Assembly: GCA_001662655.1 (NCBI GenBank)
Contig: KV460219.1
Strand: one strand, 5' to 3'
Origin: Pseudogymnoascus verrucosus
Lineage: Eukaryota
Length of the DNA: 64,000 nucleotides
In this document: in pieces, positions 35,581 to 49,233 of the stretch
How the letters are laid out: every line of letters begins with the position of its first letter
Numbering within the stretch: position 1 is the stretch's first letter
Position numbers and translations under genes: made by a program
Notes under the pieces: generated by a model
Seen by the model: the letters and a program-made list of their open reading frames with translations, nothing else
Told to the model about the DNA's origin: nothing
Database searches by the model: none

Positions 35581-37314
35581 TTACTCCTTCTTCCCTTTCC
35601 CCTCATCAACGGACTCAGCCAGTTTCTGGTCCTTCTCCGCATCGATCGCCTCACTGACCTGATCCGTGTCCTTGCCATTAGCGACCGCATCCGCGCGACG
35701 CTGCTCCTCCTCATCGATATTCTCGTGATCGCGGGGAGTGGCAAGTCCAGACTCCTTGTTCTCCTCATCCTGCTCGTTCTCCTCCTCAATCAGCTCCTGC
35801 TGCTCCTTGAGGACCTCAAGACGCTGCTTGTTAGTCGCAGCACCCTCGGCGTTGTGGACTTCAAGCTCGATCTCGTGGAAGAGCTCCTCGGGGATGGAAG
35901 ACAGGACACCGGTGAGGGCGTCGATTTGGCTGCTGATCTCCGAATCTTGTCCCTGGGCGTACATGAAGGCGTTGCTCAGGACCAGGAGGGTCGAGGGAAC
36001 ACCGTACTTGAGACGGAGCTCCAACCAGGACTCGAGGTCGTCACGTAGGCGGCCGGGAGACACGCCATGGGTGCGGATTCCACGGCTCGCGCAAGCGGTC
36101 TGGAGTTCTGGCACTGAAAGGCTCTCGACGCCCTCGAAGCTGATCGCCCTGTCATCTCTCTTGATCTGGCGCATCCGGTGGCGGACCTGGTAACGAAGCA
36201 TCATGTCCGTGCCGAATGTGTTCAGGTTCATGTAGCGGCACATGCCGACCAGTTGTGGGCGAGACAAGTTGTCAAGGGTCAAGTCATCCTTGAAGATCTT
36301 GCACACCTTGATCACGTCTGCTGCTGTTGGCGTCTCGCCGGTGGCGCGAACCTTGCGGAAGAATTCCGAGAACTCCTCGCGCTGCGCTATGGCCGAGTTC
36401 AACGGAAGCCCGGTCTCTTTAAGGGTGTCGCTGAGGAAGCTGCTGACCTCCTTCCTCGTGGCCCTCAGGGTGGACATCTTGGTGTCCTTTGACTTCTGGC
36501 CCTCGTAGGTGCTAGGAAGCATGTTGGGGAAGATCTTCAGAGCGACTGGGAGGAGTAACTCGGCGAAAGGCACGATGAGGAAGACCGAAAATGGCACCAG
36601 GCGGCCAAGATCTTGCACTGTGCGCTTCAGCTGCCTGTTCTCCCTGCGACTAAGCTCGTAACCAGCTGCCATCTTCAACGCCAAACGAGTACTGATCTTG
36701 ACCTCCGTTGCCAGCAGCTTCGTTCCATCCCAGTAATGTGCCAGTTCCTTCTTGATCTTCTGACCAATGGTCAACTTCTTCTCCTGCTTCTTCACCTCCG
36801 ACGTGTCGATGGACTTCTCCTTTTCGCCTGCGAGCTCGGAGAAAGTCAGCGCCTCGACCGCATCAGTCTTGGGCACCGCAGTCGGGGAGGTCCTCGACAC
36901 AGAGTCGATATCGCCTTTGTTTTCGACGGCATCCGAAGCCTTATCAAGCGTTTTTGACGTGGGCTTGGCGCTGCCAGCCGGGAGTGGCTTCTTGGCCTGC
37001 TCGGCATTGAAGCCTGGTGGCGGACCACCCGATGTGGTTGTGTTTGTGTGCGTGTCGGTTGACGCATATCTGGAGTGGGGGACGAGGATGGCCAGAGCGG
37101 TCATCTGGGTTGGGAGGTTGCGGCCATTGCGACGGAGATAGGCCGTATACGCCGACGAGGGGCCAAACGAGGATCTAGGGAAAGCACGAGCTGTTATCGA
37201 AAGTCAGTCTTCGCGCATATAGTAGATGTCGTCGCCAGACTGCGTATACATACCAGCACTCAAAACCGAAGTCCGGGCAGCCGCATTGCGAACCAAGCTT
37301 GAGGATGCGCTCAT
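35581..37314 (-). CDS. MDM38: mitochondrial LETM1-family protein; intron 37191-37253
   Basis: HYWDGTKLL, DLGRLVPFSVFLIVPFAELLLP, FPNMLPSTY; presequence-like first exon MSASSSLVRNAAARTSVLSA. Confidence 0.93.
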
Positions 37315-38476
37315 CACGGATGCCGAGGAGACGAAGGGCTTGCTGTGCCTCTAGGGAAGGGGCGAGAGCGTCGAAAAAGAGTATCAAGGCAGGCGGTAAT
37401 GCGCCGCCTATAAATAATAGATTCGTCGGGGATGCAGTTGTGGTTGAGGTGATGGTGAAGTCGTAGTGTTTGATATGGAAAGAGGGAGAAATTATCACCA
37501 ACTCATGCGTTTTCCATGGAGAATCCCCGAACCCGAGCCCCCGGGCGCCCCGGGTCCGGGTTCACGTGACAAGGATGCGAACGGAGAGTGACGTTGACTG
37601 GAGGGACTAAAGAGGGTCCAGAAGGTGCCACGCACGCACGATATGTGTAGGTAGTAGCATAGGAGTTCAAAGCAGGAATACATTTAATAGGTTGGCAAAG
37701 GTGAGGAAATATGATAAGAATAAATTTTAGTACAGTACCACTGACTATTTTGTATCTCATAGTATTTTTAAATATATTTTTGAGCATATATACGATTTAA
37801 TATGAATTTTGACAATATTCTAGTATTTTCGGAGAATACATGTGAGCACACTTGCCCAAAGAAGACTAACGTCCCCTCTCAACAAGCCCCGACATGTCCG
37901 TTTATCCCCGCCGATTTCGGCCTTAGCGCCCCTCAACCAAGATCTCCCAAGACTCCCTACTGCACCGTGCTCTGCCACACACCTACCACTACACCTACCA
38001 CCAAACATCTTATCGGGACTCCTCGGTACCTTTCGCCCAGTTCAACGCTTATACTCGCAGCTCTTTCCCATCCCATCCCACTTCCACATGCTTATACACA
38101 TGCGCCTACTTGTATCAACATCTCCATCATCATCCCCGATCGCTTTCGCCACGGTCTCTTCCTTGTGATTCTCGGACATATAAGCTATCTCGCATCTCGC
38201 GCCCGAGCCCGCTCCTTCCTCAACCTCTTTTTTTCTTTCAAAAAACATCGATATCCCCCCCCATTCAACACCTTCACCATGCGTCACTCTTGAATAACGC
38301 AGTTGCGGTTGGGCTTCAGGACGGATTGTTCATCATTTTACAACCGACGGACGGATATTAGCGGACTATTATTATCATCTTTCGGCTACTCTGCAATACA
38401 TTCATTCTTATAATTACCTTCAACCACCACCTCAACACGCCTCTCCGTCGCGTCATTCATTAAACAACATCCCACA

Positions 38477-39380
38477 ATGAAGCTCTCCAAAGCAGCCCGC
38501 ATCATCCTCGTCGGCGCCCCAGGTTCGTCCCCCCTCCTCCTCCTCCTTCATCCGCCTTCCCCCCAAACCACGCCACAAAACGAAAACGCTCAAGCTAACC
38601 ACCTCCCCCCCAGGCGTCGGCAAAGGCACCCAATCCGCGCGCCTCCTAACCGCCTTCCCCCAACTCTCCGCCATCTCCTCGGGCGACCTCCTGCGCACCC
38701 ACGTCCAAAACCGCACCCCCCTCGGCATCCGCGCCGAATCCGCCATCAAAGCCGGCTCTCTCGTCCCCGACGCCATGATCCTGCGCCTCATCCTCGCCGA
38801 GCTCAAGGACCGCAACTGGCTCTTCCCCGGCCGTCCGGAGCAACCGTACACGCTGAACAGTAGCTCCGACGCGGGGGGAGAAGACGCCGCGTTCGTTGCC
38901 GGGGATATGTTAGATACGCCGTCGCTGCTGGCGAGCTTTCCGGAGCCGAGGACTTGCGACAGGCCGGAGTCGTCGTTTATTCTTGATGGGTTCCCCAGGA
39001 CGGCGGAGCAGGCGGTGCAGTTGGATAATCTCGTCCCCATCAACCTTGTCGTGCACCTCGATACGCCATTCAGCGTCATCATGGACCGGATCGCGGGGCG
39101 CTGGGTCCACGCGCCGTCGGGACGGAGTTACAATACGAGTTTCAATGCGCCGCGCGTGCCGGGACGCGATGATGTGACGGGGGAGAGGCTGACGAAGCGC
39201 GCGGATGATGATGAGGGGGTTTGGTTGGAGAGGTTGGAGAAGTTCAAGGAGACGAGTGAGCCGCTGCTGGAGCATTATGCGAGGAAGGGGGTGTTGTGGA
39301 GGGTGGAGGGCGAGACGAGTGATGAGATTACGCCGAAGTTGCATAAGGAGTTTGCGAGGCGTTTCGCGCTCAGGGACTGA
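38477..39380 (+). CDS. ADK2: mitochondrial GTP:AMP phosphotransferase (adenylate kinase 3 type); intron 38523-38613
   Basis: IILVGAP|GVGKGTQ P-loop across the intron, ISSGDLLR, FILDGFPRT, RWVHAPSGRSYN lid. Confidence 0.92.
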
Positions 39381-42232
39381 GTGGCTGGATATAATAATGG
39401 GGCGGTTGATGCAAGGCGCGTGATACCCTGAGATGGGCGACGCGGTGGATATTACGTGAACCAGACACGTACGAGGAAGGGAGGATGTTTTTGAAAACCG
39501 AGTAACGGCCGCACATGCGGGGCTACGGTTGGAGGGGTTTTCTGTAGGATATATAGTCCATGAGGGAGGGATATTATCAGCGCGGATCGAATGGGAATTG
39601 GGCGTTTTTATTTATTTATGATTATTACAGCTTTCGAGATTATATGATTCGAAATGCAAATATGGGAGGTTATTTCTCTGATTACTCTCCTGTTTACTGT
39701 CTACTGGACTTGTGCTCGCCTGAGGATTTGGATCTTTCTGGGGGATATCTCACTCGGTATTTAGGATATATAGTCGCCAATAACCCGACAAACTGCGTGG
39801 TCTTCAGGCGACGGATACTGATACTACATTATGCCATTGGGGGGACAGTCATCCTGGCAGGTAACATGTTTTGACCGTATGCTCATTGCAATGCGGAGGG
39901 CGCCACTGCTTCTGATGATGTCTTTCCTCTTCTCACCTCTTACAATGTAGTTGTCGCTATCCCTTTCTCACCACTTCCGGCCGTCCCGCTGTCGCCGGAT
40001 TTTCTCATCACCGTTGCTTCTACTGTCACCACCATCATCTTCCCGCCGGTCTAGGGGGATTTGACTCTGCACCATTGGGTTGATCCTCACAGCAAACGAA
40101 GAAGATGATATCTTTAGCATATTTGCTTGCTTTGTCCCTTGGAAAATCTTGATATCGCGCCAAGTCAGGAATCTTTGATGTCGATGATGGCATAGTTTGT
40201 GGCGTTTTGATCCGAGTACTCGCGACGAACTGCGCATGTCTGATCAAGGCACTATGTGAAGTAGTATATTTCTACGGTGGGAAGTGGCGGGTTCGGTGTG
40301 TGGTGAGATCGATGAATTGTGATATTTCATTAGGGCTGATATGTGTCAATACTCAGATAGGGGGGGATTATATTTTTGGGCCGCGAAAAAGGAGAATTTC
40401 TGTCATACTATTAAATAGCTTTCGAGATTATATATTACGAGCAATGGGTCGAAATACACCATGAGAAATTCTTCTCTAGTATTTCCGCTCTCCTCTACTC
40501 GTATTGCTCAAAGTCTAAAATTTCCGAGAAGATCGACTATTGAAATTCTATAACATAAGCTCCATGATACAGGCCGCAGAGTCTCCCGCAAAATTTCTAT
40601 TTGGCTTCAAGCCATGTTTCATACCTACCCAGAGACTTAGCTGTTGATGAGGCCATTCCAGAAGAAATGTTCGTCACAATGGCCCTCACCCTCCCGCGTC
40701 GACGAACCCTGTTTGAGGAAATCAATAAGATAACTGTCACGACTAATGATGATTACGTCCTGGAACTGAAGGCAGAGCTCAACGAGCTCAAGGCGAGTTG
40801 TGTCTTCTCACCGACCGCGCCCCCACCGTCGTATTCTCACCGCCACCGTCCGTCTCGCTGTCGCTAAACATTCTCGCCATCGACTGTTCTCGTCGTCGCC
40901 GGATGGTCATCTCGACGTTTTCTGGGGTCCAGAGCTCAGCTTTGCTTGGATGATGGAGATCCTGCAAATAACTCTGCGTCTGTAGAACTTGGAGGGACTC
41001 TCTAATGACTTTGTTATGATCTGCAGGGTCCTTTGACGCATATGTGCACCGTATCAGGCAACACTTCTAGTCTCACACTGGCTCTTTCCCTGGAGGTCAG
41101 ATATCTACCAAGCCACCAGGAAGAAAGCACTGGGTTTACTGCATGTCGAGCTCAATAAACTGGACAATCTCTGGGGGGTTGGCGTGTGTGTTGCTAAGAT
41201 CACCATATAGTGGAATATTAAACTTTTGGATGGCAAAGCAGAGAACTCCTGTAATGGTTTTGTATAATACGAGCGCTCGTGGTGCTTCTATTTCTCGGGG
41301 TCGATGGCATATGTTTGTGGTCGATTGGAAAAAGGCAGTCGAATTGGCACGACGTTCATTTTCTGAGTCGAACTTCCGTCACAGCAATAGGATATCGAAG
41401 GGCATGTCATACTTCGGTGCATTACACACGATGATGCCACACTTGGAGAAATATTACTGACGACGATTTGCTGGGCTTATACTGCGGAAGGTGATGGCTC
41501 TGAGAGAGAATGTAGTTAGCCAATGATGTCGAGCGCCTCCGCCTTCTCACCACCGCAGGCCATCCCACCCACTATCGCTAGCTATCCTTCTGTCGCCAAC
41601 CGTTCTCGTCACCGCCGCCTCTACTGCCGCCGCTAGCTGTCTTTTTCTGCGGTAGTTCTTCCATTCGCGTGGTGATCCGAGCGCGGGAGTGTTCGGATCT
41701 GCTGTCATGAATGCCGTGATAGCCTCATTTAACACAAACCCGCAGATAGATCGGATTTCTTCAGCCGCAAGCGCGGTTGTCGAGAGGCCACATAGCAACT
41801 GAGTGTCTGTAATAAGTGCCAGGGATCCTTCAGTGGAAATTATAAGGAAACCACATGTTATCACTTGCTGCCATGACGAAGTCATGTGGGCATGTGAAAG
41901 TTATATTTTTTACATTATTATAATAGCCCATACCGGGCACCAGGCGCTCATTTATTTCCCCGTGTATATATCCCTAATACGCCTTTGATGGTATCTACAT
42001 AACGCTGGTACAGTATGACTTCGCCGCCCAATGTGTGCTTTGTTTCCTCTAGATCGAGAGGAACCCACAACATAGGGGATGGTTTCCAGACCATCTGGCA
42101 CCGCACGTTGCTCTTGGATACCGACTTTCGAACTCGGTATTCTTGGCCTGGCTTTGGATTTTCCGTTCGGGTTGGTAGCACGTACAAGTCCGTATCCGCA
42201 ACCTGCTGCCGCCACCAACCATATCATGCCCC

Positions 42233-42988
42233 TCAATGCATATGTCCCCTCCCCCTCTGCCTCCTCGCATCTCCCCCAAACCCACCGCCACCTCTTCCCA
42301 TCCATCTTCCTCCTCTTCCCCCCCTCCCTCCCCCAAATCTCTCCCTTTCCCTCTCCTCCTCCCTCTCCGCCTCCTCCCTCTTCAACCTTATCTCCTCCTC
42401 CACCTCCGCCGGATCCCTCACAACCCTCACCTTCAACTCCTCCAAATCCCCCTCCGCCTTCCACCTCGCATGCGCCCCCTCCGGACACTTCTTCCCCTCT
42501 GGACAAAACCCCGCCAAATAAAACCGACATAAATCCCTCCTCACATGCCTCCTCGCACACCTCGGCCCCAGCGGACAAAACCCCCTATCATACCACCCAC
42601 ACGCGGGTAACCTGCTCTCTGGATCGACATGGAGATACAGGCACTCCTCGCCATTACTGCAATACCCGTTCCTGGCGAAGAAGCTGCACTCCGGCATGCG
42701 CCGCAGGTTGTACTCGTGCAGGAACTCGCAGTGCTCCCCCTTCTTGCACAGCCCGCGCAGCCAATGTTTGCACACTAGGTTATTGTAGTTCGAGCCTGTC
42801 GGCGCGGCGATGTGGCGGTCGGGACACGACGCGCCGAGCGGGCAGTGGCCGGCGGCGTAGGCTTTGCAGGGGGGGCGCGAGGGGTCGACTCCGAAGCGGT
42901 AGGTGCGGAGGAGGAAGGGGGAGAAGGCGAATGTGTATGGCGCCATGGGGGGGGCGGCGACGTCGGGGGAGGGCGCTGCTGTGGCCAT
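42233..42988 (-). CDS. YTH1: mRNA 3'-end processing CCCH zinc-finger protein (CPSF30)
   Basis: Five CCCH fingers including [30 protein letters not shown]. Confidence 0.95.
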   Translation of the reverse strand: MATAAPSPDVAAPPMAPYTFAFSPFLLRTYRFGVDPSRPPCKAYAAGHCPLGASCPDRHIAAPTGSNYNNLVCKHWLRGLCKKGEHCEFLHEYNLRRMPECSFFARNGYCSNGEECLYLHVDPESRLPACGWYDRGFCPLGPRCARRHVRRDLCRFYLAGFCPEGKKCPEGAHARWKAEGDLEELKVRVVRDPAEVEEEIRLKREEAEREEERERERFGGGRGGRGGRWMGRGGGGFGGDARRQRGRGHMH

Positions 42989-45900
42989 GGTGGATGTGGA
43001 TGGGAGTTAGAGAGGTGATCGGAATAGATTGTGTTGGAGAGAAACACGTCGCCTTATTGCGCTCTCTTGGGCCTGGCGCGGTCGAGGGTGTGATGGCGTG
43101 GCGCAAAGATCAGGGTATGCAGGTGTGTGTGACTGATAGCTTGATAGGTGCAGTCGAGGCGAATCAGGGTTCTGGGGAGTTCGTGGCGCCCGTGAGAGTG
43201 CGGGGTACGTAGGCGGTGTATATCTTTAGTGCTGGGATGGATGCTTTTGCTCTGCTGCAGCTTGCTGTCGGCAGGGTTTACAATGTGTTGGTTGGGGTAT
43301 CGGGGAAGCTGAGATGATATTTGCTTTTTCAATCGATCGTTGCTCAGTTGGAGCTCGCGAGGCTGGAGCTTGGGTGTTATTGTGCTTACAAATCAGGAAT
43401 GGCGTTTGATAGGCGTGAGCACGTGACTCAAGCTGATATGCGGGCGTCCCGGTGCATGTGCAGTAGCAGTTTCTCGTAGTAAGAACTGAGAAATGAGTTC
43501 GGATACGCCGGTGCTCAAGTACGAGTACGAACCTTGTACTAACAAACCAACAGCGCTGAAGATTTGGCAGCTTTGACAGTCTGATACTCGTTTTCTGAAG
43601 CTAGTGATGAAGTCGCCTTGTCTGTGCGTCGGGGACAACTGTGATTGCGCCCCGGCGCGTGGGGGCCCTGTGGTGGTACCATTCGATAACAAAAGTAGCT
43701 ATTGCTCAGCTCACCCTTGCCCTTGGGGTCACCGTGTTGGCTTGTCCAGAAGAGTTGGCTATTTACAAGGACGAGGGAGGTTGAGATACTGATAACTAAC
43801 TGCCGAATTCTTATATTGCAAGTGCTATATGTTGAAGCTTTACCCTCCATGCACATCGGGGTCACATTGTTTAAAACATGTACGACTCAATGGAGATTCC
43901 GGTACGGACATGAGTCCATCTTTGGCGCGAGGCCCTGGTATTCCCATCAGGACTGGCCCAATGCGGAAGTGCATAGTAGCATTCCAGTGGGATCCTGCTG
44001 TTGCGATGGCCAAGTTTGTATGCCCCCGCATACGCATTGGGACATTGGGGAAGATATGCAAAGGGACGAGCGGTGATAATGTCCGTCTTCCCTGATATCA
44101 CATCACCCTGGGCGTTGCGATCCACTCTCTCGGTATCGATACGTTTCTTCGCAGAGAGTCATGGACAGCGTCTCTGTACGACGCTCCAACTCGAACGCCG
44201 TACCTCGTATAGAGGAGTGAGACACGGATGGGGGTCAAGATTGGATGTGCTAGGGTTGTGGGAATTGCGAGGCGCGAAGGATTCCAGACGAGGAGTTCTC
44301 ATACGGCCAGCTTCAGCCCGCCTTGAAGCCATGTCTGAGGCGTGTACAGCCGCCACTCGAAGCCTCGAATCTGCCGAGGAGAGTAATTATTGGCGGTCCA
44401 ACAGCGACAGCCCGTATACTTGTTGTACAGAACGGTACATATGATATCGGACGGATATACTCTTGCGCAGGGTAGTTTTGACAGCTGTTGTCCCGCGAGA
44501 AGGTATGGATGGCACAGGCTATGGCGGGCGGAGACGACGACGAGGACGACAAGGAAGATGACGAGGAGGGTGACGAGGATGGCGAGCATGAATGGGGAAC
44601 GAGGAAGAATTCTCCGAACCAGCGTCACATCTGTTCTTTATCGTCGCTCACTGTCGTCCATGACTCCGCAAGCCAATATCCAACGCAGCTAGTATTCGGC
44701 ATGGGCCGTTGCCATAGTGCTACCCTGCTGTATACTCTGCAGTATCCTCTGAGATATACAATATTGACGGTACTCTGTTAGGGTCTCATCTGAGCTTTGG
44801 TAAGGGTGGCAAGACGGCAGTGGGTGGATGGCAGGCTGTAGCTAGTACACAGCACTGGAAACAGCACTGTTAGATCGCCATCCCCCACTCGTTCCTCCTT
44901 CCATGCCCCATCAACTTCACAACCCCCGTCCCCGTTGATACAGCTGCATATCATAGTATGGCCTGTCCCTGCCTGGTCTTTGGTAGAGAGTGTGGAGTGG
45001 TACTTCTTCGTTGCCATGTTCTAGAGTGGTGTTATACTTACTATATGGTGCTGTAGCACTATTCTGCTGTGCTTCTGTCCTACTGCGGGACAGTAATTTA
45101 CTGGCTACTTTCTGTCGTACTGTCCTACATCTTGATTTCTGTGCTCGCCTTACTCGTTGCTGTTCGCCGTTGTCCGTCCAGACTGTAGCGCATCTTCTGC
45201 ACCTCGGACGTCCTTCAAACAGGCCCGGCATTTCATCGGTTGAGGCATCGCTGATCTGACCTTGTTCGCTCACCATTCCCACGATCTCCACAGCCGCTGG
45301 CCGCCCTGTTCCTAGTCTTGGTCTTGGTCTTGGTTATGACTGACTGGCAGTAGTGTGTGTCTCGTTGTCACTGCATGCTCAGAGCAGGGGTTATAGCCGT
45401 CCGATGTCCATGGCGTTTAGAGCATTCAACCGGCTTGGTTTCTCAGAACCCAGCACGCAAAGTACAGACACCCTTCATCTCATCCATCCCACCCGCCCGC
45501 CGTCCTTCATCCTTCCCGATCCAAGCTCGGATCGTCTGAAAAAGAGACAGTTTCAGCGTGCACACGGCGCCTTCTTGGTCGGTGCGCTGAGTGCGCTGGG
45601 ATTACTCCGCATGTAGATTGGCCCATCGGCTGCCATGTGTACTAGAGTGCGCTGCCAAGAGGAACGAGGGACTTTTCATCTTCTGCATGTACTACACAGC
45701 ACGGCGGGTGAGCATGTACTTTATGTAAGTTGTACATGCAGAAATGACTGTAAATCCATTTAACGGCAGCAAGCTCATTTAGGTCAGTAAATGGTATTTC
45801 AAGGAAAAATAAATACGAAGAGGGTATTATACGTACGTCTACTCCACTTGTGCTCCACGAAAGAGACGCTATTAGCACAATCACGGCGGCTAGATAGCAG

Positions 45901-47936
45901 TTGCCGCATGGGGACAAGCACGTTGCGTGAGGCGGTCTACTTCGTTCCACTTCAGTAACTTGAAATATGATCCCCAGCATCTTTGCCTCCACTGTGGCCT
46001 TTACCTCTACTCCACTATGACCGCATTTTGGTCCCTAGTTGTGGCCTAATCGGCGCCCAGCATCGTTCTTTATGTACGAGATACTCGGGGTCATGCTTCA
46101 AGTACAACAACCAACGTGCATGCGTTGCGGGACGTCGGCTGCGCTTGCTCCTCCTGTGCATTTCTCTGGGGTCTGCAACCTGTCTCTGAAGCCTGTGGTT
46201 GGAAGCTGCACTGTACTGCACAGCAGCAATACAGCACAGGCCTCGGAGTCCCACGAGGCAGATAGCATTCCTTCCTCCGCATTCCGCCTTGTATGTGTTA
46301 AGGGTTAAAGCAGATAGGTGTGGCACCACTGGCAGACACACTCACACTTCCCCAGTGCAGTATTACAGTGCAGGCAGTGGAGTACAGTCGTATATGGCTA
46401 TGCCTGGTTCAAGATGCCTTCTAATCTTCCTCGGCCAATAACTTGTGCTCTAGTAAGTCAGGGAGCGAAGAAGCCTCCACTCTCTTCTCTTATTCCGTCT
46501 CCCTCCGGCTTCTCTCCCATCCTGCACAGAATTATGATCACTATAAGAGCTCACAAAGCATGATTTTCCCTGGCTGAAACATGCCGGCAAAAGCATCACT
46601 ACTGGTGGAAAACCCACCACTAAACCTTGGACTGCTACCATAAGGGCCGATGCAGATACATGACATACATGGCATCCTGCATGTCATCCATGAGATACTC
46701 TACTCCGTACATACATACATACAATACTCCCACCTGGCCTGCTTTAGTCGATCTTTCTCACGATGATCCACCCTGCGTCTGTCTCTCAGGCTTGTCCTCC
46801 ACCACTTACTAGCCCTTGCTACAGCAATAAACTTGTCCGATCCCGCAGACCCACGGACACTGACGGACCCTACATATTTACAGATTTACATATAAAGACG
46901 GTACGTACTTTCATATTCTGTCCCCAACTGTTTCAATCGACCTACTTGGCACATATGCAGGCCTACAGGTATACAGCAGCAAAGCCTTGCAAGCTTACGC
47001 CTTCCTAGCTGCTCGCCTCTCGGACCTTCCTCCTCGCTGCCCTGCTTCTGATTCTCACGCGAGCATACAAAGGTCTTGTGGCACCCGGCCAGCCCTCAGC
47101 CATAGATCATAGACACCCCAATCCGGTCGTCACAAACGTCGTTTGCGCGTGGGTGCATAGCATAATTCTCGTCGCTAAAGTAAGTTCTTCCTCATGTCCC
47201 CCAGCATTGCATTATCAATATTTCCCAGGAGGCGGTTCTTCCGGGCCTCCTCATGCAAGACGCAGGCATTGTCGGCCTACCTGGGCCGGCTCACCCAACT
47301 TCCATTTTTTATTTACTGGCCAGCCTCATCTCATACCGCCTTTCAATGTTCTCGGCCCGGGGGGTCAGCATGCACACCTCTTCCAAATAGGCAACGCTCC
47401 TTCTCAGATCGCTCCATGGGAGGAATGCGGCTGGCTGGCCACACTCCCTTGGCCGTGCCGATTGAGTATATTGTCCCAAGGTTGTGTCCCGATCAGCTCA
47501 GATGGTCTGCACCCAGACCGACTCCCCTACGCCCTCCCAAAGACGTATCAGCCGTGGCCTTGCCCAATCATCCCCACCCACAATTTCTACTCCCCTGCAT
47601 CTCCAAGTGGAGTATAAGCGGTGACCTTTCCATTGAGCATCCAACAGCATAAGACTGTCTTTTACTGAACAGTCATAGCATACCATAACAATCCATCAAC
47701 AAGTTCACATGTTTAAGGCAATTAGCCGATCACTCTCGCCCAAGTTATTCGCCTGGGAGACTGGAATTCGTGGTTTGAAAGAGAGAATACCCGGCTGCAC
47801 CAGTACTCTCCACACTGGCTTTCCGTCCAGTTAAGGGGCCCCTGCAAATTACCAGCAGACCAAGAAAGGCTTATATACACCTTCGATACGTACACAAACT
47901 TTTTCTCAAGACGAAACATTATACCACCTCTCGCAG

Positions 47937-49233
47937 ATGTCAAGGACCCCGTTCGGTCCCGTCCCACCCCCTATTCCATATGGACGGAAGCCACCAGAGC
48001 CACCACGAAGGCCGTCTCTGGCTGACACCGCCGAAATAATGTCTGTCAATGCCGTCTACTACCCGAATTACCGTGCCTACCGTGGAGAGACGCCGGCGAC
48101 TCTGAACTACAAGTGCATCAGTCATGTCTACTACGCTTATGCACATGTCAACGCCGACGGTTTCGTCTTTGCAAGTACTCCGGAATACAGTACTGGCCTG
48201 CGTGCTAATTCCTGCCTCAGTTGAGCGACGAGTTGGCGGATGGGACGATGGAGGTCGATGGCGTGAACGGCTGCCTGGGGTCATTCATGGTTCTGAAAGA
48301 CAAGTTTCCTCACCTGAAGGTGCTTCTGTCGATTGGTGGTGTCGACTCGAGCCAAAGCTTCCGGATCCTGTCAGAAACGGCAGCACGAAGAGACAACTTC
48401 GCCAAGTCAGCGAATCTGCTTGTTCGAGAGGCACGGCTCGATGGCATCGACAGTATGTTCCAAAGCAGCTACTATAAACTACGTACTAATGTGAGCTTTA
48501 GTCGACTGGCAGCATCCAGATGATGCACAGCAGGGAAGCAATTTCCTCTCTCTCCTAGCAACCGTTCGGCTCTATCTTCCATCAGAGGATTTCATGGTAG
48601 TCGTGCCGCTCCCTACCAACAGCTGGGCCTTACAGCACATCGACCTGCCCAAGATTGAAGAATACGTCGACCTGGTCAACCTCACGGCCTATGACTTCTC
48701 TGGCCCCTGGCGCCCCACTGCCGGCCATCACGCACAGCTCTACCGCGCGCAGGAGGGTGAGAACTCAGGCTCTGCGGCCGTTGAGTACATCCTTGCCACC
48801 GGCTTTCCAGCGAAGAAGATCCTCTTAGGAATCCCCGTGTATGGACGCTCGTTCATCGGCGCAGCGGCCCCAGGAGACCAGTACCACAGTAACGGCGGCG
48901 AGGATGGCATTTTCGAGTACAAATCACTACCGCGCCCAGGCACGCAGGAGGTTGTCGACACGGAGCGCTGCGCAGCGGTGTGTGTCGGTGGGGACGGTGG
49001 CTTCGTCACTTACGATAACCCCGAGACGGTGGCTATGAAAGGGCGCTATTGCAAAGAGCAGGGCCTTGGTGTTAGTTTCCTTTACTTATTCCTTCTATGG
49101 CGGTGTGCCAGTCGCATTGCACGGTTTACTGATGTGTTGGCAGGGCCTCTTTTACTGGACTGGGACGGCGGATATCACTAATGGGCCACGCAGCTTGGTT
49201 GAGTCCGGCTTTCGAGCGCTACATGGTTCGTGA
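47937..49233 (+). CDS. GH18 chitinase-like protein, no signal peptide, catalytic Glu replaced by Gln; introns 48171-48220 (GC-AG), 48453-48501, 49071-49143
   Basis: NAVYYPNY, SHVYYAYA, LKVLLSIGG, DGIDIDWQHP, NLTAYDFSG, KILLGIPVYGRSF, FVTYDNP, GLGGLFYW. Confidence 0.92.

Noticed and set aside
37529..37562. GC-rich imperfect inverted repeat next to CACGTGAC in the MDM38/ADK2 divergent promoter
   Set aside because: Imperfect pairing is expected by chance in a G/C-only stretch; regulatory role cannot be supported from sequence alone.
40560..41520. Protein-like fragments suggesting a decayed gene
   Set aside because: No consistent exon model or recognisable domain could be built.
42079..43212. 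377-aa proline-rich plus-strand ORF
   Set aside because: Antisense shadow of YTH1's G-rich coding strand.
44488..44781. ORF with an acidic D/E run
   Set aside because: Low-complexity GAY/GAR tract without further coding evidence.
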